DNA of 64,000 bases, from positions 7,254,001 to 7,318,000 of the forward strand of contig CM102285.1 in the NCBI GenBank assembly GCA_046563655.1, written 5' to 3'. Positions 24,701 to 36,975 of this stretch are shown here, piece by piece. Each line of letters opens with the position of its first letter. Within the stretch, counting starts at the first letter, position 1. Both the position numbers and the translations under genes were made by a program. The stretch is from Yuukianura sp. NJ FZ-2021. Its lineage: Eukaryota. The notes beneath the pieces were generated by a model. That model made no database searches, had not been told where the DNA came from, and saw only the letters and a program-made list of their open reading frames with translations.

Positions 24701-27700
24701 TTTGAGCAGCACGGAAAATTGAGCACTTCAAGTGCCACCGTTTCAAGCTTTCTCCGAACTAAAAAAAAACGAAATTTAGTACTTTGTACCACTTTTGTCT
24801 AGAAATTCGTGTCGAAAGGTCAGTGACACGAGAGGAAGTTGCTTTACCTTACAAAAACAACTTCCTTTGTTCCGGCTATTGAGTAGGTTCTAAATGCTGA
24901 TTGCCTTGCGTTTGGGAAAAAACGACTAAAATGGTTCACAGCCGATACAATTAAAACGTGGCAAAAACATAAATTGTCAAATGATTTTCGTAAGGTCAAA
25001 AGTATCATTAACAAGAATATGGCGTGGGGTTTTGGCGTTTTAGATACGCTTGTTCATACTCTTGTTAATCGATGTTGATTGACAATCTAGATAAATAAGG
25101 AAGAAGTGGAAGTAATGCACTTACACCGCACTCAAATTAGCACTTCTCGCGTTTGATGATTGCTCATGACCTTTGCAACTATTTTCCTAATTTCTGTAAA
25201 TAAGTCACATGCACAATTTACATCAATTGGCTGATTTCAAATTGTGTCCACCGATTTTTATATCCAAACAGGAACAATTAATTAACAGCAAGAGCAGAAC
25301 TTTCCACGCGTCAAACTTCAACTTGCACGCGTCAAACCTCAAATTGGCAGCACTTCTAAACGCTTCGACCTCCACAATTGGACTGCCCAGTGCCCAGTAA
25401 AAGACACAAACTAAAACCTGTCCAGAACAGTCGCGTGCTTTTTATAGCCCAACTTTCCCATGCCCTCTGTACTTTGAAAATGCGGACCGTGGAAATGACT
25501 CTGAGGTGTTACTCCTGCCATGTTAACAGTCCAATGCGCCTGCGTGGTTTGTGGCACAACAATGGTAAGGATACCCTATTAGCACTTAATTCCACATTTA
25601 GCGATTGACAGAAATCTCCCCAATTCCCCATACCATTTTACTGTTTATGTCCTCATCTTCTCAATTTGCAACACTTTTAGCTTTGATTAGCCTTTCACAC
25701 CTTCATGTATGGGTAGGGAAAAGGCATTAGCCTTCCATATTCCATCCACCCCCTCTGATTCCCAGAATTGCCTTAGTTGGCCTAGGCAAAGAGACACATT
25801 TTGGCACATATTCTCGCAACTGATTTTGCGAGAGGATATCGCAATTTGAGATGCTGTAGGTGTTGAATGTTGATGTTTGGTAGGATTGGGTAGCGTCATG
25901 GCGGAATTGGCAAAGGTTCATTTTACGTAGAGGTTGAATTTGCACAAAACAAGTCAAATCAGGATTTTCCCTAGAATTCACAAGTCGCGTCGTCGGTAAC
26001 TTGATACGACAAACAATGAATGATATGGTAAGTGTTGATGCCAGTGTCCCTACCTCTCAAAAGAAAAACTCCCCATTTCCTACCTAATTCCCACACTAGT
26101 TTAATCCTGTTGAGATTAATTGGTACCTTTGGCACAAAGGATTTTAAGGAAAATGGGGGAGGGGAAACAATTGGATAGAAGAAGAGAAAAGCAAAACATT
26201 TTCTGCACAAGATCCAAAGGCGCTTAAAAGACGCCTTCCCAGAAGAAGCTGGACGATTTTTTCTACTGGTGTAATTAAATCTGTACTGTGTTAATTAGAA
26301 TGACATTGACACGACCTTTCCGGATGGTTCCCCCTCAATTTTTGGCCTAAACGCGACCTGATTTTTTAAAAATATTGCGGGAAACTGTCCTATTCAGTCC
26401 TATTCCAGTTGAACAATCCACATTAATTACATAACAATTAAAAATTGGGAGACTCATAATGAAGAGGAGGATCCATTTTTCCGTTTAGTCGTTTTTATGA
26501 AACCACTTTAGAAGAGGGAACAATGGGACAGTGAATTTGTCATTCATGATGGACGAGTGTGTGGAGCCAGGTGAATCTGGATTGCGTGAGTACAGACAAT
26601 GCTGATTATCCCATTATGGACACTGAAAAATAGTGGTAGTAAAGTGAATAATTGGCGGGTAATTTCAAATTAATTGGAAAGAGAACAATGAGGTAATTGT
26701 TAGGACATTTGGAATGATCAGTTGGTGACATGGGGGCGTTTTGGTTGAGGCTTCATTGCTCTTGTTCAAGGACAAATGCCTTGATCTTGAATAATTCTCG
26801 TGTGACTGGGACAAAGATTCGGAGCTCGTGGCTGTGCAGAGATCAAGGTCAAGTGAAGGTCACGTGAAGGTGAAGAGTGGAGATGGTGTACGTGGTGTGT
26901 GGGCTCATGATTTACGATATTGATTGATCGGCTGTGTAGTTTTGCAAACCTGGATTAAAGTTTTAACAAAAACGAAGTGAAGCGGTGAATTCGGTTTAGT
27001 CATGGTCTAAAATCAAACTTCGCCGCCCCTGTGCATATTTATACAGTCGCAGTACACATGGCGTCCACTTTCGAAATACTGGAACTAACTAGAACTACCT
27101 CCACGCTGTTCCGTGAATTTCGAGTGCGTCATATGAATTAAATGGAAACAATAATTTTTTTTACGCCAAACACGAGTGTTGCTCTCAGCAAAGCTTAATG
27201 AGCTAATCATTCATCTGTGCTAATTTTCGGAAATGTGCAAAAAAAAAATTAAACTCATGGATTTTTTTATTAGGCTATTTTCAATTTCACAGGAAGTTTA
27301 TGACATTGGATTAAGTACTTGAATCTATTTAAATAGTCAGTTTTAATTCTGTACTCGTTTTTGTTTTTGAGTCCATAAAATTAATGACGGGCGATCCAAT
27401 AATCAAGTTGTGCAAGTTTGGCACATATTTTTGCAATACGTTCAAAAAAAAACTAATAAAAGCCGCATTGTGTCCTCTGTCCACGGTTGCGTCATTTGGA
27501 TTAGCGCTACTTTCCAGAAAAGCTCCAATTTAAGCTTCTTTTACGACTAGTTTTTAAATTGAAATCTCCCGCCATGAAACTATTTGACGCACAAAATCTC
27601 TTTTCAAATATGGAATTAGCTATCAGAATTACGCAAATTCAACGTGTGATGTGAAGGACTTGTAGCCTAAATTTGATTTCCATATTTCGCAATATTTTAC

Positions 27701-29068
27701 ATTTTGAAAAATGAAATAGACAAACAACTTGGCTTTTGACCTTGGAAGACCTTGAGCATTGATTCTGTCCTAACTTTGAATTTTCATTTTGGCAGTTTAT
27801 TTGCCGTTCAACGTAACATAATGCTGAGCAGGTCGAAAAGAATCGAGCATTGCCAAAACTTCCCATGAACTTTTTCCCATGTCACTTCCGTAATTTTTTG
27901 AAATTTCAAAGGTTGTATTTCAAAATAGAAACCGGATGTCAATTATTTCCTTCAAAGGATACTGTTGTTGTTCCTTTTGAAACTGAAGCAAACACTAAAT
28001 AACCTTGGGGTAGTTGGAGAATTTTAAACCTGGTTCTAATCAAAATTAACATGAAATGTTTTTCCTCATCGATTACGTAAACGGTGTTAATTGTTGTTGT
28101 CGTAAAACCGGATCTTTCTAGAATTGTTCAAATCATACTGGTAGAATCTAGTTTTATCTAGTTTAATCTTGACTTAAGCAAGAAACACGGTGAAAGGACT
28201 TCAGGTTACTCCGCCCCTCTGCGCCTCGCCCTGGTTTTGACCTCGCTTTTGGCCGGGACGAGGTACACCGTAAGTTCGCAATACCCCAATCACGGGATGT
28301 CGCCTGTAAACTGCAGAAGAACCTGCTTTCATCCTAAGCTTTCATCGGAGGTGGCAAAAAACAAGTGGATTTCAATACAATTGGCAAAATCTGTCTGGAA
28401 ATCCCTGGTTGACCAAACCATTCTTCACTTTTTGCAAGATTTTTTTAGCATGGGAGAAATGTTAATTAACACTTCTAACATGCTAAAAAACTAAACTGAA
28501 GAATCGATTCGGCTCATCAACTCAAAGATTTATTAGAGGGTGGTGCACAAACAATCTCGACAATTGGAAAATGCATTTTCCAATTGTGGGGAACATGTTC
28601 CCCAATTTCCATAAAACTTGTTTGCCAATTAACCAAACCCTGAAGAGTTCCAGTTAAAACCCGAATTATTTGTGTACGTGATATGGAAATTCAAAATAGC
28701 TTTTGTCACGTTGCAAGTTTAATGGCGTCAAAGGTCATGGAATTTGACCTTTGGTCTGGAGTAGTTACGTGAAAACTTAATTTGATTACAGTTTTCCAGA
28801 CTTGATATGTACATAAACTAAGTTACCAAACAGGTAAGTTAATTAAGTTCAGAGTGATGTTTTTGGCAAGATTCAAAGGATTAGTGTTAGGTAGTTTTGG
28901 ATTAAAGTTGGATCTGGTTTTATTTGAGCTTTCAACGGAAAATTTTGAGAAATGACGAAATAAACTTTGGTTTCATGTTCTTGTCCTTTTGACTTTTGCA
29001 ACTTTGCGAAAAGTTTTTGTTAGTCTTTTGTTGAATTGGGCAAAATATTTCTGAAGTGACGCCTTGGT

Positions 29069-29699
29069 TTAGCAACAGGTAGGATAATGTTGGGTGCAGC
29101 CGAGGATTTGAACTGGTTGGATGGTCGGACAAGGATTGCAGCAAGGTCCACAGCATCGCGATGCACATCGCTTCCGACGACATGGCACTGGACCCTGTTC
29201 AACAAACTTTAGAACATCAAATCAGTACGAATTAAAGAAAACAAAGAATTCGAAAATGCTCACGTAGCAAAGTGGTTGGCAAATCGTTGGTCGGCACCAG
29301 TCCTTCCATCGTGGTGGAGCTGGAGCAGGGCAGTAAGTCATCGTAGAGTACCGGCGCACCTTGTCCGTGCATAAATGTTGGAATGAAACTTTACAAACTT
29401 TAACCAAAATGACTTACAACGCTGCAGTATGATGGATAAGGCGATAGTCAGGACAGCACATCTTCGGAACTCCTCGAATGGGATCCCGGTGACAATTGCG
29501 TGGAGGACAGCATCGATTTGGTGGCTAAAAATGAGAGAAATCTTCAATTCAGTTGTCTTATTTCTGCTTCTAGTTAGAACAGCACTTACACAAGTTGGAA
29601 CGCATCCAACGGATTGGCAAGGACGGGTCTAAAATACAAACAAACTTTTATGACACTTATACTCAAAAACGATTCTAAAAGGCAATATCTTACATTCAT
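29069..29699 (-). CDS. Cys/Pro-rich small protein F (~124 aa, 5 exons), with one apparent 1-nt frameshift near 29440
   Basis: Exons 29699-29694, 29628-29590, 29524-29418, 29359-29264 and 29194-29069: MNTRPCQSVGCVPTCPPNRCCPPRNC...KMCCPDY[fs]PYPSYCSVVRRY...RCCGPCCNPCPTIQPVQILGCTQHYPTCC*. Confidence 0.6.
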
Positions 29700-30751
29700 G
29701 ATGAAGTACGGAGTCAAAGTGGTCGCTTCGAAAAAACGGCTGGAATTTGGAAACTGATTTTGGAGAGTAATTTTGGAAGAAGCGACATGCTGCCTGTTTA
29801 CAGTGGTCGGATTGTAAGAAAAAAGTTCGGTCGCTTTTTGTAACAAACGTTGATGACAACGTTGCCGTTGACAACTGAGTCGGTTGAAAGAATGAAACAG
29901 TGAACAATGTACCCATATAATTGATTGAGGACCGACCCGACAGACCCAAAAGACAAAGAATAAGTTAAAAATTTCTTACTTTGGTTTTTGAAAGTATAGA
30001 TTTGGCGCGTCCAAGGTTGTGACGCCAAGTCTCCTCAACACAACATCCGGTTATGAATGGGAAATCACAAACTCGCAAATTAAGATTATTGCAACCGAGA
30101 AAATAAACAAGAATTTGGAATTACTTTGGATAAGTACTGCTCATTAATTAAACATTATTCACCGATTTGCACCTCAAAATGTTGAAGTTCAAGTCTTTCC
30201 AAACTAATCAAAACGTTTTCTTGAATCCAGATACAAACGTAGCCAACATTAGAACCTTGAAGCTTTGGTTTCACGTTTTCATCACTTGAGAGTTGACATT
30301 ACTGAAAAATATATGACATTAGTATTTAAACAAAGCGGAAAAATATTCGGAATGAGATGAACTTTAACGGATCACTCAAATTAATTAAAAATCCGGAAAG
30401 ATCAGCGTCCCACAATTGTTATTTTTATAGTTTTTAACACTAATTTGAATCATTTGAATAATTTTAGTCCATCGTCGGCCTCCTCAATCGAGGCCCAAAA
30501 ATTAAACTAATTTTGACATGATCTGAAAAGTGAAATTTTCAGTTGCTAGGGCGACAACCACAAGACAATGTTCATATTTGTTTTAGTATTTTTTGAAATT
30601 TCGAGTTCCTGGTTTTGAAAAGAAGGAGGGAGAAGCCAAACGGAGTTGATTTCAGTTCTCCGCTCCGGCAGAATCGTCGTCCACGACTTCCCAAATTCAG
30701 TCCAAAATTCTAAAATTTTCAAGATCGCGTTGAAGATTCTAGACTGACGAA

Positions 30752-31453
30752 ATGGCGTGCTGCGTTGAACCATGCAATAAATGCTGCTGCGTAAGTTTTC
30801 TTTTATTCTGATGTCCCTTTCTGGAGTTTATGAAGCATTGGTTTTGTTAATAACGCATTTCTGAAACCTTTGCAGCCTCCACCCCTGTCGCAGTTATGCA
30901 ACATCGGTTCCTGCGTAAGTTTCAATTCAACACATAACGCAAACGTTGAAAGTAAAAGTAACTAAATGCCTATACTTTCATTTACAGTTTCGGCCGAGCG
31001 CCCTTTGTTCTGCGCAAGCCTGCTGCAGTCCATGCATCCAACCTTGCGGCTACCTCCCACCACCGCGACCGCTTCCTGCAACAGCCTGTGTTACAGTTTG
31101 TAGCGTCTGCAAGCCTCCGCCTTGCGTAAGTTAACCGTCTTTTGAACTAATCCATGCTAGAGTTATATTGTACTAAAAGATACTTTCTCTTATAGCCGCA
31201 ACCATGCAGACTTTGTCCAATTGTGCGCTGTTCCAAGATGCTGTTCGTGGCTCCACCTCAACGCCGTGGCTTTGCTCGCTACTGTCCACCGACGTCTGCT
31301 CTTCCGCGGAATTGCGGCTGCAAGTCCCTGCGTCTCCTTCCACCTTACGGAGGACGGTTCGTTCCACCAATGCGATTTGCACTTGACAACTGCTGCACCA
31401 GACGCCAGCGATATGGTCTCACTTTTACTCGCAACGCTTGCTGCTACAAGTAA
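30752..31453 (+). CDS. Cys/Pro-rich small protein G (157 aa, 4 exons)
   Basis: Exons 30752-30790, 30876-30914, 30988-31125 and 31196-31453, all phase-0 TGC|GTAAGT donors: MACCVEPCNKCCCPPPLSQLCNIGSCFRPSALCSAQACCSPCIQPC...NACCYK*. Confidence 0.78.
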
Positions 31454-31608
31454 TTCCTGCCCGCCTCAAACTGACGTTACTCACTCATGTCAAAATTATA
31501 TTGCTTGATTCTATTTCCAAATTCAAAAGTAGCCAATTCGAAACAAGAACTGAATAAATTGTCATTTAAAACTTTCTCCGAGAAGAGTCAACTTTTAGTG
31601 ACGTAAGT

Positions 31609-33358
31609 TTATGGCTTGAATGTTCTGATTTCTCCGCCTTCAATTGCGATGTGATGAATTTTGCCGTCATCTTTTAAGTCTCCTTCTGGAATTCCGGTTG
31701 ATGCGGTTGTTACATACAGACCGAATTTTCCTCGATAAGGACCAAATGCCACGGAGCTTGGGATTTTAACTCGTGGAAAAGCGACAGAATTTACTACTCG
31801 AGCTGAAACAATTTTTAATAAGGTTGGACGGATTCATGATTAAAAAAAACTTAGCATTACTTCGTAGTGTAAAAAAAAAAAATGACTAACCAGTAATTGG
31901 ATTAATCCGTACGACTCTTCCTCCGTTCCAAAGTGCCACCCAGATGAATCCGTAGGAGTCAATACTGAAACCGAAATTAAATTAAAAGATTGCACAAAAA
32001 TAAAATTTGATTGAGCAGAAATAAAATGTGGTTCCGCAAATATTTTAGTGCACAAGAATCGATTCACTTTGCGCAACAAAATAGTTTGTGCCGTAAAAAC
32101 AAGCAAGCAAAACTTACGCCATTCCGTCTGGGTATTCGTCAGGAACAAAATCTGGATGAGTGGCGCAATCAATTAACACCCTTCTATTGGCTGCAATAAA
32201 TCAATCAAAAGTGTTGATAATATCTGACAGGTAAATATGTGAAGCTTAACTGACTTACACAATGTTCCCGTTTCAAGGTCATACTCAAAGGCATAGATTT
32301 TCCTGCCCTCGCTGTCATTGAAGTAGAAGTCCTTGGCTTCTGGGTCATTTGACCACGCCATCCCATTTGAAATAGTAAATCCAGTGGACTGTTTTACGAA
32401 TGTGGATCCTTCTAAACGGTATAAAGATCCACCTTCAGGAATCGGTGGTCCACCATTACCGCTCTCCAGCACAGTTCCAATGAACAAGCGTCCTCTAGGG
32501 TCACACTTGGCGTCATTGAATCGCTCCAAACCGTTAAGCTCGGGTGACACCGTGGCGACATGTTCCGTTGCGCCGTTAGCCCAGTTCAACTTCCGTAGAT
32601 GATGAGCATTCGAAACCAGAAAGTTTTGATGATCTTCATATGGAATTATAATGGAAACTGGAAAGAAAATACGCTGATTCAGGATTCAGAAAAGTTCTTC
32701 TGATTATGAAAACAATGTTGTTTGCATTGCGATTTGCGAATGCTTATAATTTAACAAATTCATTGGTCACTATAAGGTGACTTGAATAAGTTACAGAAAT
32801 TATAGAATTTATAAGTTATTTTGAGTTATAGAAGTTAAAAATTACAGAATTGAGGAGGGTCCGCCTCTTTCCAACCGCTAGTTTTTTATAGCTTGAAATA
32901 CGATGTCACCACTCGCTATAAATTGTATAATTTCTATAATTCATAATACAGAGTCCGTGTATTACCTAGACCTGAAGCCAGTGCCACAGAAGTAGAGTTG
33001 CCAGTTGTGGGGTCAAGACGGTGGAATGAGCTGGTAAGGGCGTCGACGTAGTAAAGATGGCCGTCATACTGGTTCCAGTAAGGACCTTCGCCTAACTGGG
33101 CAACATGGGAGTGTGACACAACAGAAATTGTTGTATAAACCGGCGGTAGCGTTTCATCGTTGACTGAAAATTTAGAAAACCAAAAATAAATGATATCCTA
33201 ATCCGCTATTTTTTTTTCAAAATATTTATCGTATTTGATTTACGACGCCGTTCTGCCATTTGGGACTCACTGGTTGTTATTTCACCATTGGCTCCAAAAT
33301 ACCTGAATACAGAGAACAGAAGAAGCAGTAGTGACAATGAAACTGGGAACAATGCCAT
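31609..33358 (-). CDS. Regucalcin/SMP-30/gluconolactonase family protein with N-terminal signal peptide
   Basis: LGEGPYW, LYYVD, RFNDAKCDPRGRLFIGT, ISNGMAWS, PDGM and SSVAFG..LYVTTA. Exon 1 begins MALFPVSLSLLLLLFSVF. Confidence 0.88.
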
Positions 33359-35253
33359 GACTTCTGGCGAAGATGTTACTCTGAAGACTTACTGTCAGTA
33401 ACTGAACTCTGAATACATTCAGTTGTTGGTAGCCGAAGGGATTATCAACGACAGTTCAATTCAGAAAGGACTTGAATAATTCAAGTTTTTAAATTTTGAA
33501 GTTTCCAACTTCAAAATTTCAAAAATGATCCACTTTGTGGACGTCCAAAGTGTCAAAATCCGAAGGGTTTCGAGGAAATCTCACAAAACAATAGGCGTTT
33601 ATCTTGATTCTATGGATTAACTCAACTTAAGGATTTAAGTCACACGTTAGCAATTACCATACTACATACAGTCGTGGGTTTACTTTAGAACAAATTATAC
33701 TAAACTAAATATTTAGAGAGGGGTGGATAAATGATATGAAGTTGGATTTGGACCCATAATATGAATAGTAGAACATGAACAATAGACACAAATTCAATTC
33801 AAAAAGGATGTTGTAGAAAGGAGTAACGGTAAATACAAAATACATTTACTAGCCTTACTAAACAAATCTTCTTACCAAAGTGGAAGGAAAGAGAGGAATG
33901 ACCTTGTAGGATTATAGAAACTTTTTTTTGTGTAGGGGCCTTACAACAGATTTTTCATTATAATTCTTAATTTAAAAAATTGTTATACAAAGTTAATTCT
34001 GAGATGTTCCTAATAAGATAATTCTGAGATAATCCTAAATTACATGATTAATTACATCAGTAGCAGCACTTCAACTCCCCACAGAATTCCCAAAACATCA
34101 CAGGGAAAGCAGAAAACGTAACGGACGTTGTTTCATGGAACTAAACATTTTTTTTTGTTACTTTCACTTTGAAAAATACGTTTCCATTTTTCTCAACAAA
34201 AGAAAGTAAGCTGAAATGAAGAAACAATCATAATTCTTAAGCTTCAAAATGTATTAACCAACCCATGCTTACTATTATTTTAAAAATTGCTTCACCAAAA
34301 AGTTATAAATGACTAGTTTGGAAATAATTAATTAATGAATCATGATAGTAATAGAGTTTGGGGGTTCCTTGCCATTAGGCGGGAAATCGTTATGCCCTCA
34401 CCACAGAAACTTCAAGTTTCCGTTTTCAAAAAAAAAAAAAAATGAAAACTATTCCAAAAAAAAATCTAACCTAACATAAACATAACCTTAAGCAGAATAC
34501 AAAAAAAAACCAAAAATCTTAAAACATCAAAATAGTGAGTAAGGGTCTAAGAATTTAGGGCTTAATGGTATGCTTTGGTGTTGTGTGGAAGTATGGTAAA
34601 TATTAAACTTACAAGCTAAATTTTAAAAGTCTTGAGCTAATTGAAAGAGTTTAGAATGTGTAAGAAGGTAGGACGCTTGGCTTGCGGCGGTAACTCTTTC
34701 TTATCATGTACATACTAATGCATAAAATAAAGTATATTCGTTCAATTCATTCCATTTCTCGCTGTCGCTACTCGCCAACTGAAACGCGTGGAGATGCGAC
34801 ATGAGGAGATCTGACGATTCCGAGAAATCGGCAATCACAGTGGGGGCATTTCAGAGTTTTAGTTCGGCCCCTTGAAAATTTGAGTCGTACGAACAGCTGA
34901 TTATTTCAGAGTTATGTTGTTTTCGTTAATTTTTCATCTGTTAATTATTCCTCCAATTAAATCGGAATAACCTATCCGAAAAGACGTTTGTAGTAGTTGT
35001 GTTGACCTCGTACTCGTTTTCAGTAGAATGAAACCTGGAACCGGATGATAAAGTCATCGGCGACGGTTTATCGTTGCAAGTGTGACGTCCGGAATCTTGT
35101 CACTTGTCAGCTTAAACGAAAACGGTAAGTAGTAAACGTAACTGACGTTTGTTTTACAAGTTAACCAGCCACCGCATTCTCCATCGCATTTCGCATGTCA
35201 CTTGTTAACGAGTTATTACCTTCTTTTATATATAGCGTCAATAAACTGAGAAG

Positions 35254-36892
35254 ATGCCGCTTTATGAAGGAATTGGGCTGATCAATGAGAAATTGCCAGT
35301 GGTTCTCGAAATCGGGAACGCACTTACGAAGTAAGTTTGAGTTGTTGCTAAATTAAGCTCCTTCGAATTGAATTTCTTTTAGAGCAGCTCACTTTTTGCG
35401 TATCGGGTTTACCAAACCGAGCTGACCACGTATATTTTATTTTTCAGGGCTGGATTCGCTGGGGAGAACACTCCAAGGGTGATACTACCGTCTTCAGTGT
35501 CACGCGTAAACACAACAAATTCAGATTCCTCAAAGGCTGAGAGCGTAATAACCCTACACAATATTAAAGACGAGAATGAACTTTACTTGGCCCTCGTTGA
35601 ATTCTTGAATAAAATATACTTTGGGTGAGTACTAAAACCAAATCGCTATATAGATTTGTAGCAGCATTCGCACGCACGCAAGACCCCAAAATTCAAATGC
35701 TATACTTCTAAACGATGAATTCCAGGCACCTGCTGGTCACTCCGAAGGACCGAAAAGTCGTTATTCTCGAGTCGCTATTTACTCCTACTAAATGGCGGAA
35801 TACGCTGGCCAGAGTTCTGTACATTCATTACGAAGTCTTGAATATTCTATGGGTTCCAACACATCTGGCTGCAACAGTTGGAGTCGGAGCGGACACGGCT
35901 TTGGTAGTAGACATTGGTCAAGTAGAAGCTAATGTTATTCCTGTCGTGCATGGTGTCACACTTTTAAGTACTCTTCTTTCTTATGAACTGGGTGCGGCTG
36001 CTTTTGATGCGTAAGTCCCAAGTCCAAGATTAAAATGAAATCGAGAATGTTGATGATTTGGTTTTGTCTTATAGGAACTTGAAGGAATTGCTTGTAGAAT
36101 ACGCACAGGACAAGAAAGAAGGCTTGAGCGACCTCTTGAGATCCGCACTGATTGAAGATATCCGTGTGCGCAGTTGTTTCGTTGCTCCAATGAACAGGGC
36201 GAAGCTCTTTAAGGATAAGGAAATACATTCTTTGGAGCCAAAGCTTGGATCATTCAAAAAGGAGATTTCTGAAAATGAGTTTCAAATTTTTGATGGTGTG
36301 GTGCGCGAGATCGCCCCTGAGATTTGGTTTCAAACGACTGATTTGGATGGAGTCTCGATACCTCAAATGATTCTCGACGTCATCGTCAGTGTAAGTGCAG
36401 TAACCCAAAAATATACACGAACATAATGTGTCGCTCCTCTTAAACCTTTTAGGATGAAGCTAAACTAATTATCAATCGGTGATTCTTTAGTGCCCAATCG
36501 ACTGCAGAAAAACATTGGCCGGAAGGATTTTAGTATGCGGCGGCACGAGCATGTTGCCAGGATTCCAAGGACGTTTAATTCGAGAATTGAAAAAGTTAGC
36601 GCTGGAGAGGGAATGCTATTCCACAAAGTTAAATGGTTACGATTTCCGGATTTTGCAGCCGCCACTTGAACCAAATTGTGCAAGTTGGTTTGGTGGGTCA
36701 GTTTATGGCTCATCGGAAGCGATGGGACTAAGGGGTATTTCCAAGGAATACTTTCTCAAGAACGGGACATTGCCGGACTGGTCCTCGTCAAACTCTTCTC
36801 ACAGTTACACGCCCTTCGGCGTTCCAAACCCTTCAGAACCGTCATCGTCAGCAGCTAATGCTCACCCACCAGCCACCTCCAGAAGGATTTGA
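35254..36892 (+). CDS. ACTR10: Actin-related protein 10 (dynactin Arp10/Arp11)
   Basis: MPLYEGIG..EK.PVVLEIG..TK.GFAGE..PR.I.PS, HLLVTPKDRKVVILESLFTPT, IEDIRVRSCFV, CGGTSMLPGF..RL..EL and ASWFGGSV; multi-exon. Confidence 0.92.
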
Positions 36893-36975
36893 ATTTATTA
36901 TTAACAATCAATTTGTAAGAATTAACTGACTTTAATTTAACTAACTAACAAAATATTACACTAAAATTAAACTAA

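Noticed and set aside
28050..28494. Possible eighth Cys-rich or small gene
   Set aside because: There are some Cys codons and splice-like sites, but I could not build a consistent open spliced frame.
29700..30145. Longer upstream coding exons for gene F
   Set aside because: Joining them puts exon 2 in a non-Cys frame and no compatible start was found. The ATG at 29699 gives the family-like frame.
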